From: a candidate division FCPU426 bacterium
Lineage (GTDB): Bacteria; Oederibacteriota; Muellerivitia; Muellerivitales; Muellerivitaceae
Reading direction: 5' to 3'
NCBI GenBank assembly: GCA_963771075.1
Contig: CAVYSE010000007.1
Span: 128,001-192,000 of the forward strand
DNA length: 64,000 nucleotides
Of the stretch, positions 38,385 through 47,858 are shown piece after piece (position 1 is the first letter of the stretch; each line of letters begins with the position of its first letter). The position numbers and the translations under genes are program-made. The notes below the pieces were generated by a model. The model saw only the letters and a list, made by a program, of their open reading frames with translations, searched no databases and was not told the origin of the DNA.

Positions 38385-39008
38385 TTGATTCGAATCGCGG
38401 TATTAGCTTCAGGCGGGGGCTCGAATCTTCAGGCAATCATGGATGCCTGGAATGCGGGGTCCATTAAGGCCAAGTTATCCCTCGTTTTCTCCAATGTCCC
38501 CGGCGCCAAGGCCCTGGAAAGGGCCGAACAGGAAGGCATTGACGCATTATCCATCTCCAGTAAGGAATTCATGGGAAGCCGTGAAAAGTACGATCAAGAA
38601 ATCCTAAACCTCTGTGAAAACAAAAAGATCGACCTAATCTGCTTGGCCGGTTACATGCGGATCCTTACCCCGGTTTTGATCAAGCCTTTCCTTTACCGCA
38701 TGATGAACATCCACCCGGCCCTCTTGCCCAAGTTCGGCGGTGAGGGCATGTACGGCCACCATGTGCATGAGGCGGTCATCGCGGCCAAGGAAAAAGAATC
38801 AGGCGCGACTGTGCATTTCGTGACCGAGGGCGTGGACGCGGGTCCCATTATTTTGCAGGGAACCGTGCCGGTTTCGCCGAAGGATACCCCGGAAACCCTG
38901 GCGGAGAAGGTCTTGAAGGTCGAACACCAGATTTACCCCGAGGCCGTGAAGTTGTTTTGCGAGGGAAAAGTGAAGGTTGAAAGTGGCAGGGTCAAGATTC
39001 TTCATTGA
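38385..39008 (+). CDS. purN: Phosphoribosylglycinamide formyltransferase
   Basis: AVLASGGGSNLQAI, LAGYMRIL, NIHPALLP, SGATVHFV..GVDAGPII, EH. Confidence 0.97.
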   Translation: MIRIAVLASGGGSNLQAIMDAWNAGSIKAKLSLVFSNVPGAKALERAEQEGIDALSISSKEFMGSREKYDQEILNLCENKKIDLICLAGYMRILTPVLIKPFLYRMMNIHPALLPKFGGEGMYGHHVHEAVIAAKEKESGATVHFVTEGVDAGPIILQGTVPVSPKDTPETLAEKVLKVEHQIYPEAVKLFCEGKVKVESGRVKILH

Positions 39009-39037
39009 ATTAACGCTAGAAATTTATGAGGTGAAAA

Positions 39038-40612
39038 ATGGCTGAGGACAAAGTGAAGATCAAAAGGGCTTTGTTGAGCGTCTCCGACAAGGTGGGGCTG
39101 ATCGAGTTCGCCAAGGTGCTGGTGGAAAACGGGGTGGAATTGATATCCACCGGCGGGACCGCCAAGGCCATCAAGGATGCCGGACTGCCAGTGAAGGATA
39201 TATCGGAAGTGACTGGTTTCCCCGAGATGCTGGACGGCCGGGTGAAGACCCTTCACCCCGTTGTGCATGGGGGTTTGCTGTCCCTGCGCGACAACAAGGA
39301 ACACATGGATACCATCGCCAAGCACAACATCAAGCCCATCGACCTCGTCTGTGTGAATCTTTATCCATTCGAGGCCACTATCGCCAAGCCTAACGTGGAA
39401 CTTCATGAGGCGATAGAAAACATCGATATCGGTGGGCCTTCCATGATCCGTTCGGCTTCCAAGAACTATCGGAGTGTGACGGTGGTGGTGAGCCCGGCCC
39501 GATATTCGGACATAATCAAGGAAATGAAGGAAAACGACGGGGCGACGACCTTTAAACTGCGCCAAGAACTGGCCATTGAGGCCTTTGGCAATACCTCCCG
39601 ATATGACGGAATGATCCACGAATACCTGCACAAGCACCTATCCGAGAAAACCTGGCCCGACATATTCACCTTTTCGGGCACCAAGATTCAGGAAATGCGG
39701 TACGGGGAGAATCCCCACCAACCCGCGGTTTTCTATATGGACCGCAAACCAAGCTTGCCCGTCATCGCCAATGGCAAGCAATGGCAGGGAAAGGAGCTTT
39801 CCTACAACAACATCATGGACGCGGACTCGGCCCTGATGCTGATCAAGGAATTCGACGATCCGGCGGCCGCCATCATCAAGCACACCAATCCCTGCGGCAC
39901 GGCCATAGGAAAAGATCTCGCGGAGGCTTTCGTCAAGGCCTACGAGGCGGACCCCCTTTCGGCCTTCGGCGGGATCGTGGCGGTGAACCGGCCCGTGGAC
40001 GAGAAGACCGCCCAGGTCATTCTGGAAAAACTGGGATTCTTCGAGATCATGATGGCCCCTTCCTATGACGCCGGGGCCCTCAAGGCCTTCGAGGCCCGCA
40101 AGAACCTGCGGGTCATGAGCCTGGTAGGCCTGGGGGAAACCAAGGGACAAACCGCCGGGTACCATGTGCGCAGGGTGGAGGGCGGATTCCTGGTGCAGGA
40201 TTTTGACCAGGTGGCCGAGAACAAGACCCTTTACAAGGTAGTGACTGAAAAACAGCCGGACTCGCAACTGGCCAAGGACATGGAATTCGGCTGGAAATTA
40301 GTGAAGCACGTGAAATCCAACGCTATCGTCTTGGTGCGTAACGGGGTCTCGCTGGGAGTTGGGGCCGGACAGATGAACCGCGTGGGATCGCTGGAAATCG
40401 CCATTGAACAGGCTGGGGATAAGGCCAAGGGAAGCGTCATGGCTTCCGACGCCCTGTTGCCATTTCGGGATAGCGTGGATGTCTGTGCCAAGGCGGGGAT
40501 TGCCGCCATCATCCAGACGGGCGGGAGCGTGAGAGACAAGGAAGTCATCGAAGCCGCAAACCAGCACGGAATTCCCATGATCTTCACGACCTACAGGCAC
40601 TTTAAACATTAA
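39038..40612 (+). CDS. purH: Bifunctional AICAR transformylase / IMP cyclohydrolase
   Basis: RALLSVSDK, STGGT, GRVKTLHP, IDIGGPSMIR, RYGENPHQ, KHTNPCG, KSNAI, YRHFKH. Confidence 0.98.
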   Translation: MAEDKVKIKRALLSVSDKVGLIEFAKVLVENGVELISTGGTAKAIKDAGLPVKDISEVTGFPEMLDGRVKTLHPVVHGGLLSLRDNKEHMDTIAKHNIKPIDLVCVNLYPFEATIAKPNVELHEAIENIDIGGPSMIRSASKNYRSVTVVVSPARYSDIIKEMKENDGATTFKLRQELAIEAFGNTSRYDGMIHEYLHKHLSEKTWPDIFTFSGTKIQEMRYGENPHQPAVFYMDRKPSLPVIANGKQWQGKELSYNNIMDADSALMLIKEFDDPAAAIIKHTNPCGTAIGKDLAEAFVKAYEADPLSAFGGIVAVNRPVDEKTAQVILEKLGFFEIMMAPSYDAGALKAFEARKNLRVMSLVGLGETKGQTAGYHVRRVEGGFLVQDFDQVAENKTLYKVVTEKQPDSQLAKDMEFGWKLVKHVKSNAIVLVRNGVSLGVGAGQMNRVGSLEIAIEQAGDKAKGSVMASDALLPFRDSVDVCAKAGIAAIIQTGGSVRDKEVIEAANQHGIPMIFTTYRHFKH

Positions 40613-40636
40613 TTCCGGGAAAAAGTGGAGGGCCTT

Positions 40637-41912
40637 GTGGATATTTTAGTTATCGGCTCAGGGGGCAGGGAACACGCCCTTTGCTGGGCCCTGGCTAAGT
40701 CATCGCACAAGCCTAAACTATATTGCGCGCCTGGAAACGCTGGGATAGCCCAGATCGCGGAGTGCGTGGATATCATGGCCGACGATATTCCTGGTTTGTT
40801 GGATTGGGTGGAGCGTCATGAACCAAAACTGGTCGTCATCGGCCCGGAAGTTCCTCTCTCCCTGGGATTGGCGGATGAATTGCAGAAAACAGGGGTTTCG
40901 GGTATTCGGGCCAGTAAAAGCAGGCGCCGAGCTGGAAGCCAGCAAGACCTTCACTAAAAAGCTATTGGTGGATCATCACATACCCACGGCGAAGGCGGAT
41001 CATTTCAAAGATTACAAGAAGGCCCTGGCCTATGTGCGTAACGAAGGGGCCCCCATTGTCATCAAAGCGGATGGGCTGGCGGCGGGTAAGGGCGTAACGG
41101 TTTGCGAGAACTTGGCCCAAGCTGAACGGGCCCTGGAAGACGCCATGGTGAAAAAGGTTTTCGGCGAGGCGGGAGCGCAGGTGTTGATCGAGGAATGCTT
41201 AGTGGGAGAAGAAGCCTCCGTTTTGGCCTTTGTAGACGGGGAAACGATCGTGCCCATGGTCAGCGCCCAGGATCATAAACGTGTCTTTGAGGGCGACCAG
41301 GGACCCAATACGGGCGGAATGGGCGCCTATTCGCCCGCTCCCGTGGTCACACCCGAATTAGACCGGGTCATCCTTGAAAAGATCCTTAAGCCAACCGTGA
41401 CGGCGTTGAAAGGAATGGGAATCCTTTACAGGGGAGTTCTTTATGCGGGTTTGATGATGACCCTGGACGGTCCCAAGGTTATTGAATACAACTGCCGGTT
41501 TGGCGACCCTGAAACCCAGGTGGTATTGCCCCGCCTCAAGACTGATTTTGTGGATGTTTGCATGGCCGTAGCCCAGGGACACCTATCCAAAATCAAAATC
41601 GAATGGGACCGGGGTGCTTCCGCTTGCGTGGTCCTGGCCGCTAAAGGCTATCCCGGGTCCTATCCCAAGGGACAGGTTATTACGGGACTGGAAAAAGCTT
41701 CGGAAAGACCACAAACCATGGTGTTTCACTCCGGAACCGCCTCTCACAATGGCGAAGTAACAACAAATGGCGGAAGAGTCCTTTGCGTCACGGGTTTAGG
41801 GGAAAATATCCAACAAGCCGTTCAAAGGGCCTACGAGACCCTGGGAGTCATCCATTTTGAGGGCGCACACTATCGCAAGGACATCGCCTGGCGAGCGTTA
41901 AAGCGGACCTAA
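40637..41912 (+). pseudogene. purD: Phosphoribosylamine--glycine ligase, one frameshift near 40885-40889 (probably an assembly error)
   Basis: LVIGSGGREHAL, APGNAG, IGPEVPL in frame 1; FGP..A.LEASK, KADGLAAGKGV, QDHKR, GPNTGGMGAY, EYNCRFGDPE in frame 2; extra A in CAGAAAAC. Confidence 0.95.
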
Positions 41913-41924
41913 AAAGATAAAAAG

Positions 41925-42027
41925 TTTTACCACCCCAAAACCAAGAAAACCTAAACGCATTGTTTTTTTCTTCTCAAACAAGGGTTTTATTAAACTTCCG
42001 GGTCCATTGGCGTCTTTGTGGTGAGAA
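41925..42027. repeat. Degenerate member of the dispersed inverted-repeat family
   Basis: Left TTTTACCACCCCAAAACCAAG; right TTGGCGTCTTTGTGGTGAGAA; about 100 bp with AT-rich core, between purD and tsaC. Confidence 0.45.
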
Positions 42028-42164
42028 TTTTTTGAAATGTTTTTGGAATAACCCTATGTCTACCGCCCCGACCCTTGAAAGTTCATTTAAAACAGCTGAA
42101 AATGCCGACCTTGTTTGAGAAAATGTTGCCAAGAGCCGTCGCTTTACAGAAAGAATGGAAATAC

Positions 42165-42824
42165 ATGACCAGCGATAAAACCGAAAATAAATCCTTACCC
42201 TATACCCCGACTAATCTCCTTCAAGTGGCAAAGGTGATTAAGAACGGCGGGATCGCCGTGTTTCCGACCGATACGGTTTATGACATTGGGTGCTCCCTGA
42301 AAAAACCGGATGCCCTGAAAAGAATTTTTGCCCTCAAAGACCGTCCCACGAATCAATCCCTTTCCATTTTGATCTCACGGCCCGAGGTGGCCTTGGAAAT
42401 AGCTGATTTTCGTGAGAAGGACCTGGATATCCTACGCAAAATCTGGCCCGGACCCTGGAGCCTGATAAGGCGGGCCAAAGTGACATCCCTATCCCCCGGC
42501 GCGGTTGGGCCGGATGGGACGGTCGCCCTGCGCTGCCCTGACCATGGGATCGCGCTGGAGCTTTTACGCAACGTGGGTGACACCCTGGCCGTTTCGAGCG
42601 CGAATTTTACCGGCGGGGCCAGCCCGGTGCGTTTCGAGGATATTGATCCGGAAATCCTGGAAAAGGTGGATGCGGCCCTGGACGCCGGGAACTGTCCCTT
42701 GGGCGGGGAGACCGCCATTGTCCGCATTGACCGTAAAAATTTCTCCCTGGTCCGTAACGGCATCGTATCGGCTGAGGAACTGGCTCGGGTTGAAAAGCTT
42801 TTGGACCATATGGTGAAAGAATAA
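42165..42824 (+). CDS. tsaC: Threonylcarbamoyl-AMP synthase (TsaC/Sua5/YrdC family)
   Basis: GGIAVFPTDTVY, RIFALKDRP, WPGP, TVALRCPDH, SSAN; start approximate. Confidence 0.88.
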   Translation: MTSDKTENKSLPYTPTNLLQVAKVIKNGGIAVFPTDTVYDIGCSLKKPDALKRIFALKDRPTNQSLSILISRPEVALEIADFREKDLDILRKIWPGPWSLIRRAKVTSLSPGAVGPDGTVALRCPDHGIALELLRNVGDTLAVSSANFTGGASPVRFEDIDPEILEKVDAALDAGNCPLGGETAIVRIDRKNFSLVRNGIVSAEELARVEKLLDHMVKE

Positions 42825-42848
42825 TCCAGTCTTGCCCGGGAGTTCAGG

Positions 42849-43304
42849 TTGGCCCTAAAGATACTTTTTGTCTGTACGGGTAATACATGCCGGAGTCCAC
42901 TGGCCGAAGGGATGCTGAAAAAAATATCCGAAGAAAGGCATTGGAACCTTTCGGTGGCTTCGGCGGGTATGGCGGCCTTTCCGGGCCTTGCGGCCTCCCC
43001 CGAGGCTATTGAAACGGCAAGGGAAAAGGAATTCGACCTGTCAGGGCACCAAAGCCAGCCTCTTTCCAAACAGCTGGTCATGGAAAGCGACCTGATTCTG
43101 ACCATGACCCGACGTCACAAAGAAATGATCCTTAAGAAAATGCCAGACCTGGGGCCCAAAGTCAAAATGCTTTCGGAAACGGCGGGTGAGGGCGAAAAAG
43201 ATATCGAGGACCCGGTCGGCCATCCTGTGGAAGTTTATCGGCAGACCTTGCATCAAATTGAGGTTTTCCTGGAAAAATCCGCCGGGGTTTTCAACCCGGC
43301 TTAA
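42849..43304 (+). CDS. Low-molecular-weight protein phosphatase, YwlE (phospho-arginine) type
   Basis: LFVCTGNTCRSPLAE, DLILTMT..H, DIEDP; sua5-ywlE-rpiB order. Confidence 0.88.
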   Translation: MALKILFVCTGNTCRSPLAEGMLKKISEERHWNLSVASAGMAAFPGLAASPEAIETAREKEFDLSGHQSQPLSKQLVMESDLILTMTRRHKEMILKKMPDLGPKVKMLSETAGEGEKDIEDPVGHPVEVYRQTLHQIEVFLEKSAGVFNPA

Positions 43305-43318
43305 AACGAAGGGGAGAA

Positions 43319-43786
43319 ATGAAAATTACCATTGGGTCCGACCACGCGGGATTTACGGCGAAGGAGGCCGTGGCCGCCATGTTGAGAAATCTGGGACATG
43401 AGGTTTCCGACCTCGGTGCTTTTAACCCGGAACCGTCCGATTACCCCTATTATGCGGAAAAGGTCGCCTTGTCCGTCGCTCGGGGCCAAGCGGAACGGGG
43501 AATTGTCATCTGTGGAAACGGCATTGGAATGTCCATTGTGGCCAATAAAATCCCGGGTGTCCGGGCGGCACTGGTGACCAACGAAAAAGCGGCCCACGAC
43601 ACCCGGGACCACAACGACTCCAATGTGCTTTCCCTGGCCGGCCGGGACCTGCCGGTGGAAACGAACCTGAAACTGGCCAAGATCTGGGTCGAGACCCCCT
43701 TTAGCGGGGCCGACCGGCACCAGCGCCGGGTTGACGAAATACACCAAATCGAGAGAAAGTATGAAGCGGAAAAGCTGTTGAGCTAG
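43319..43786 (+). CDS. rpiB: Ribose 5-phosphate isomerase B
   Basis: GSDHAG, DYP, GIVICGNGIGMSIVANK..GVRAA, RDHNDSNVL, RHQRRV. Confidence 0.95.
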   Translation: MKITIGSDHAGFTAKEAVAAMLRNLGHEVSDLGAFNPEPSDYPYYAEKVALSVARGQAERGIVICGNGIGMSIVANKIPGVRAALVTNEKAAHDTRDHNDSNVLSLAGRDLPVETNLKLAKIWVETPFSGADRHQRRVDEIHQIERKYEAEKLLS

Positions 43787-43824
43787 GTTTCTGTTTTGGG
43801 GGCCTTGGTTCCAGGGAGGGAAGA

Positions 43825-44232
43825 GTGGGAAAGACAGCCATCGTTTGTCTAACATTGGTTTTTCTGGTGGGGATTTGCGGCTGTTCCATGACACCTGAAG
43901 AGAAGGTCTCCCGGGAACAGGTTTTGAAGCAGACGGTCGATCAATTTACATCCTTGGCGGTCCAGGGAAACTTCAACGATATTTACCGTATGACGGACGG
44001 GGCCTTTGACAGCTCGGATTCCCTCAGATCGGCTCTGGTGAAAAGCTGGGTCCAGGACGGTACCCTGACCGGTGGCCAGATCGCCTCCATGTCCTGGGTG
44101 AACGACAACACCGCGAAGGTGAAACTGAACTGGGTTTTCCAAGCGATGAGCGTCCAAAGCTATTCCAGCGAGACCTTTATTTGGGGTTGGAAGGGTGGAA
44201 CCTGGAAATTGAAGGGACGAGCGCTTCGTTAA
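43825..44232 (+). CDS. Hypothetical lipoprotein
   Basis: GTG behind GGGAGG, hydrophobic stretch and ICGC lipobox; C-terminal W.WKGGTWKL. Confidence 0.7.
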   Translation: MGKTAIVCLTLVFLVGICGCSMTPEEKVSREQVLKQTVDQFTSLAVQGNFNDIYRMTDGAFDSSDSLRSALVKSWVQDGTLTGGQIASMSWVNDNTAKVKLNWVFQAMSVQSYSSETFIWGWKGGTWKLKGRALR

Positions 44233-44279
44233 ATAAAAGAAGCCCTTGGCTTTTTAAGAACCAAGGGCTTCTTTTATTT
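44231..44279. terminator. Bidirectional Rho-independent terminator
   Basis: Perfect 19-bp inverted repeat AAATAAAAGAAGCCCTTGG / CCAAGGGCTTCTTTTATTT between convergent genes. Confidence 0.9.
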
Positions 44280-44284
44280 CCGGT

Positions 44285-44575
44285 TTAAGCTTGAACGGTT
44301 TCCGGTGCGGCGGGCGCGGCCGGTGTCGCTTTGGGCTTGGCGACCGCCAGGCGCTTTTGAACTTTTCCTGATCTCAGGCAACGGGTGCAAACCAGGATGC
44401 GTTGGGGTTTGCCGTTCACAACGGCCCGGATGGATTGAAGATTGGGCATTTGACGGCGTAGATTGATCCCGGTGATGTTTAATCCAATGCCGCCCTCTTT
44501 TTTGGATTTACCGCGGCGGGTGATCTTGCGGGCCTTGATGGGTCCCTTGCTGCAAATATCGCAAACCTGAGCCAT
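44285..44575 (-). CDS. rpmB: 50S ribosomal protein L28 (long-loop, zinc-binding type)
   Basis: MAQVCDICSKGP...RRGKSKKEGGIG...RRQMPNLQ...VCTRCLRSG; RBS AGGAG. Confidence 0.96.
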   Translation of the reverse strand: MAQVCDICSKGPIKARKITRRGKSKKEGGIGLNITGINLRRQMPNLQSIRAVVNGKPQRILVCTRCLRSGKVQKRLAVAKPKATPAAPAAPETVQA

Positions 44576-44698
44576 TTCAACTTCTCCTGTTTTTTTTACG
44601 GGTGGACCCAATGGGTAGGGTCGTGGATTCCTGGGAATCGCGTTTCGGCGGGACTTCACAAGCGATGTGAACGGCTTTGGGTCCAACCAAGAACGCGC

Positions 44699-44728
44699 AT
44701 TATAATCAAAGAAAATCAGGAATAACAA
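44699..44728 (-). promoter_or_regulatory. Putative sigma70 promoter of rpmB
   Basis: Minus strand TTGTTA (44728-44723), 18 nt, TATAAT (44704-44699). Confidence 0.55.
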
Positions 44729-44873
44729 GTTTTTTCGGCCTTTTAGGTTGTCTCGGGTTAGAAGTTCATGAGCTGAACGAAAAAGGCGGCCGTAAAACCA
44801 AGGCTTGTGAAGATTCATGAATCCGGCTTGAAAATCCACTAGACTTCCATGAAGAAATCCTCCGGGAGCGAAC

Positions 44874-47243
44874 ATGCCCAAGCCTGTCCACCCATTCCTA
44901 AAGTGGATACAACCTCTCAAACTGGAGGAAAGACAAGGTTATACCAACCGCGCGGTAGTCCGGGGTTTGGATCGATATCTCGCCGATTCGATAAATCAAT
45001 GGATTGCCGAAAACACCGCGGAATTAGGATCTTTTCCCGAGGTTTTAGCGGGCCTGATGGACTTGTCCCGCGATTATTCCCAGTATCTCGCCTTGGAAAT
45101 ACCCCAAAGGCAAAGGCTCATTCAAAACACCTTGCGGGACCTGGAAGTGTGGCGTGAAAATTTAGAACATTCCGCTCTCCCTAAGTTGGCTGCCATCCAG
45201 TCTGATTTCATAGTCGAAGACCTCATCCCAACCCCCAAACTTCGCGCATTTAAACTGCTGGGACTCAAGACCCTGGAAGACCTTTTCTATTACACTCCCA
45301 AATGGGCCGTGGACCTTTCGCGGCTTGTCCCTTTGGCTCAAGGGAAAGTCGAAGACGCAGGATTTTTCCTGGCGCAGATCAATGGGGTCTCCCATTCGAA
45401 AAAGGGGAAGCAAGAAACTCTCAAGGTGAACCTTCAGGACGGGTCGGGCCGGATGATTTGGACCTGGTTCAACCGGCCTTACCTTAAAAAAGAGGTCGAA
45501 AACGGCAGGTGGGTTCTCCTTCACGATAAGGTGCAGATCACCCCTTGGGGCCGGCAAATGGTGGGGCGGGCGGGTGCTTATGAGTTTTTGGACGATCGGG
45601 AAGTGAAGGCGTTGCAGTCAGGCCAGCCTCTCGTTTTTTATCCTTCCACGCCCACGCTGGACCAGGCCTTTTGGCGGTCCTTAATGGCTAAACTTTTCGA
45701 TCGGGCCGGCCCATATCTGGACCAAAACCTGGCCATTTCCAGGACCCCTCTTCGTTTACCGCTTGAGCAGCTGCACCATCCCGCCACCCTGGAAGATTTC
45801 GAGACGGGCAGGGCAACGCTGGCCCTCGAGGAGTTGGTGACCCTCCAAACCTATTTATTGATCAAACGCCGGGAAATGGAAAGGCGCCGAAAGGGCAGGG
45901 ATTACCAGTTCAACGGAACGCGAGTGGCCGCTTTTCGAAAGACCATACCGTACCCATTGACGGGGGCTCAAAGGAGAGTGCTTCGGGAAATTCGGGAAGA
46001 TTTAGCCAAACCCAACCCGATGAACCGGCTCCTTCAGGGGGATGTGGGAAGCGGAAAAACACTGGTGGCCGCCATTGCTTTCCTATACTCGGCCGATTCG
46101 GGGATCCAATCTTGTTTCATGGCCCCCACGGAAATTCTCGCCCAACAGCATTACCATTTTTTGTCGAATACGCTCTCCAAGGAGGGTCTAAAAACCATCC
46201 TGCTCACCAGCGACATGAAAGCCTCGGACAAACGCGCGGCTTTGGAAGCCTTGCGCAAGGGCGAGGCGGACGTGGCGGTGGGCACCCACGCCCTTCTCGA
46301 AAAAGAGGTGGAATTCTCCAATTTGGGATTCATGGTGATCGATGAACGCCATAAATTCGGGGTTCTTCAAAGATCGGCCCTGGAAAAGAAAGGGCGATGG
46401 CCTGACGCCCTCATGATGACAGCCACTCCCTTTCCTCGGGCTTTAGTTTTGACCGAATATGGGGATACGGACTTGTCGGTGTTGGATGAGTTCCCGAAGG
46501 GGCGAAAATCTATTCAAACCTTTTGGCGGCCTGAATCCCAAAAAACGGAGGTTTACCAAAAGGTACGGGAAAGGGTCCTTAAGGGAGAACAGGCTTACCT
46601 GGTTTATCCCGTGGTGGAGGAATCCAAGGGGTTCTTGAAATCCGCGACCCATATGTTCGAGTTTTTCAAAAACGAGACATTTCATGGGTTTCGTTTGGGC
46701 CTTCTGCATGGCCGTATGAAAAAAGATGAAAAGTTCGATGTGATGAAAAGATTTTCCGCAAAAGAGATCCAAATCCTGGTTTCGACGACCGTGGTGGAAG
46801 TGGGGTTGGATATCCCCAACGCCACGGTCATGGTGGTGGAACACGCGGAACGTTTCGGATTGGCCCAACTTCATCAACTTCGCGGCCGGGTGGGACGGGA
46901 TCAATTGCCATCCTACTGTTATTTGGTCACCTCGCCGGTTTGTTCCTCGGAGGCCGTCCAGCGGATGAAGACCATGGTATCCACCCTGGACGGTTTTAAA
47001 CTGTCTGAAATGGACCTGAAAATCAGGGGGCCCGGGGAAATCTTGGGATTGGCCCAATCGGGCCGGAAAGAGGGCGGCCTTGTGGATTTGAAAAGGGATG
47101 GGGAATTGGCGGAATTGGCGCGCCGAAAGGCGGAACTTCTTGTCCAAGAGGATTCCCGCCTGGAAAAGGAACAAAATCGTGTCCTTCGGGAGAAGCTCAA
47201 CCGCCGTTATCGATTATCATTGGACCTCGCGCAAATATCATGA
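44874..47243 (+). CDS. recG: ATP-dependent DNA helicase RecG with N-terminal extension
   Basis: WFNRPY, LTGAQ, MNRLLQGDVGSGKT, MAPTEILAQQH, DERHKFGV, MTATP.PR, LHGRM, FGLAQLHQLRGRVGR, DLKIRGPGE. Confidence 0.97.
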   Translation: MPKPVHPFLKWIQPLKLEERQGYTNRAVVRGLDRYLADSINQWIAENTAELGSFPEVLAGLMDLSRDYSQYLALEIPQRQRLIQNTLRDLEVWRENLEHSALPKLAAIQSDFIVEDLIPTPKLRAFKLLGLKTLEDLFYYTPKWAVDLSRLVPLAQGKVEDAGFFLAQINGVSHSKKGKQETLKVNLQDGSGRMIWTWFNRPYLKKEVENGRWVLLHDKVQITPWGRQMVGRAGAYEFLDDREVKALQSGQPLVFYPSTPTLDQAFWRSLMAKLFDRAGPYLDQNLAISRTPLRLPLEQLHHPATLEDFETGRATLALEELVTLQTYLLIKRREMERRRKGRDYQFNGTRVAAFRKTIPYPLTGAQRRVLREIREDLAKPNPMNRLLQGDVGSGKTLVAAIAFLYSADSGIQSCFMAPTEILAQQHYHFLSNTLSKEGLKTILLTSDMKASDKRAALEALRKGEADVAVGTHALLEKEVEFSNLGFMVIDERHKFGVLQRSALEKKGRWPDALMMTATPFPRALVLTEYGDTDLSVLDEFPKGRKSIQTFWRPESQKTEVYQKVRERVLKGEQAYLVYPVVEESKGFLKSATHMFEFFKNETFHGFRLGLLHGRMKKDEKFDVMKRFSAKEIQILVSTTVVEVGLDIPNATVMVVEHAERFGLAQLHQLRGRVGRDQLPSYCYLVTSPVCSSEAVQRMKTMVSTLDGFKLSEMDLKIRGPGEILGLAQSGRKEGGLVDLKRDGELAELARRKAELLVQEDSRLEKEQNRVLREKLNRRYRLSLDLAQIS

Positions 47244-47279
47244 AAAGGGACGCGGGATTTTGCGGGTTGGGAGTGAATT

Positions 47280-47858
47280 TTGAGGATCATCTCAGGAATA
47301 TACAGGAGCCGGTCGGTGCGGGCTCCTTCGAACGATAAGATCCGTCCGACCGCCGACAAGGTGAAGGGCGCCTTGTTCAATATGCTTGGGTCACTGGAGG
47401 GAAATCGGGTCTGCGATTTTTTCGCAGGGACTGGAAATCTGGGAATCGAGGCCTTGAGCCGCGGGGCGGCGGAAGTGGTATTCGTCGATAAGGCCTTTGA
47501 AAGTATCCGGCTAATTAAGGAAAATTTGTCGTCCCTGGGATTGGAACCGGGGGCTTCCACGCCGATGATCCGGGTTTTGAACATGGAAGTATCCAAGGCC
47601 TTTTATTTGTTGTCCCAAGAAAATAAACGATTTGATGTGGTCCTGGCAGACCCACCCTATGAAGCGGGTATTTCAAGAAAGTTACAAAATCTCATGAAAA
47701 CCTACCCCCTCCTTGTCCCCGGGGGGCTTTTTTCCATCGAGCATGGGGCTGGGGACATCGACTTTGACCCCGAATTCCCCTATCCTTTAGTCCGACAGAA
47801 AAAATACGGCGATACCCTGTTAAGCATGTTCCGCTTTGGCCCCTTGGAGAATGAATGA
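47280..47858 (+). CDS. rsmD: 16S rRNA m2G966 methyltransferase
   Basis: RIISG, RPTADKVKGALFNML, DFFAGTGNLGIEALSRGA, DPPY, KYGDT. Confidence 0.95.
   Translation: MRIISGIYRSRSVRAPSNDKIRPTADKVKGALFNMLGSLEGNRVCDFFAGTGNLGIEALSRGAAEVVFVDKAFESIRLIKENLSSLGLEPGASTPMIRVLNMEVSKAFYLLSQENKRFDVVLADPPYEAGISRKLQNLMKTYPLLVPGGLFSIEHGAGDIDFDPEFPYPLVRQKKYGDTLLSMFRFGPLENE

Noticed and set aside
42260..42295. TsaC PTDTVYD in place of PT.TVYG
   Set aside because: One-base difference (GAC vs GGC) in an error-prone assembly.
44610..44675. Hammerhead ribozyme in the rpmB leader (minus strand CTTGTGAAGTCCCGCCGAAAC)
   Set aside because: The core deviates from CUGAnGA and no stem II can form before GAAA.
44576..44920. 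115-aa N-terminal extension of L28 in the ORF track
   Set aside because: A good RBS precedes ATG 44575, and the upstream region holds the promoter and overlaps the recG start.
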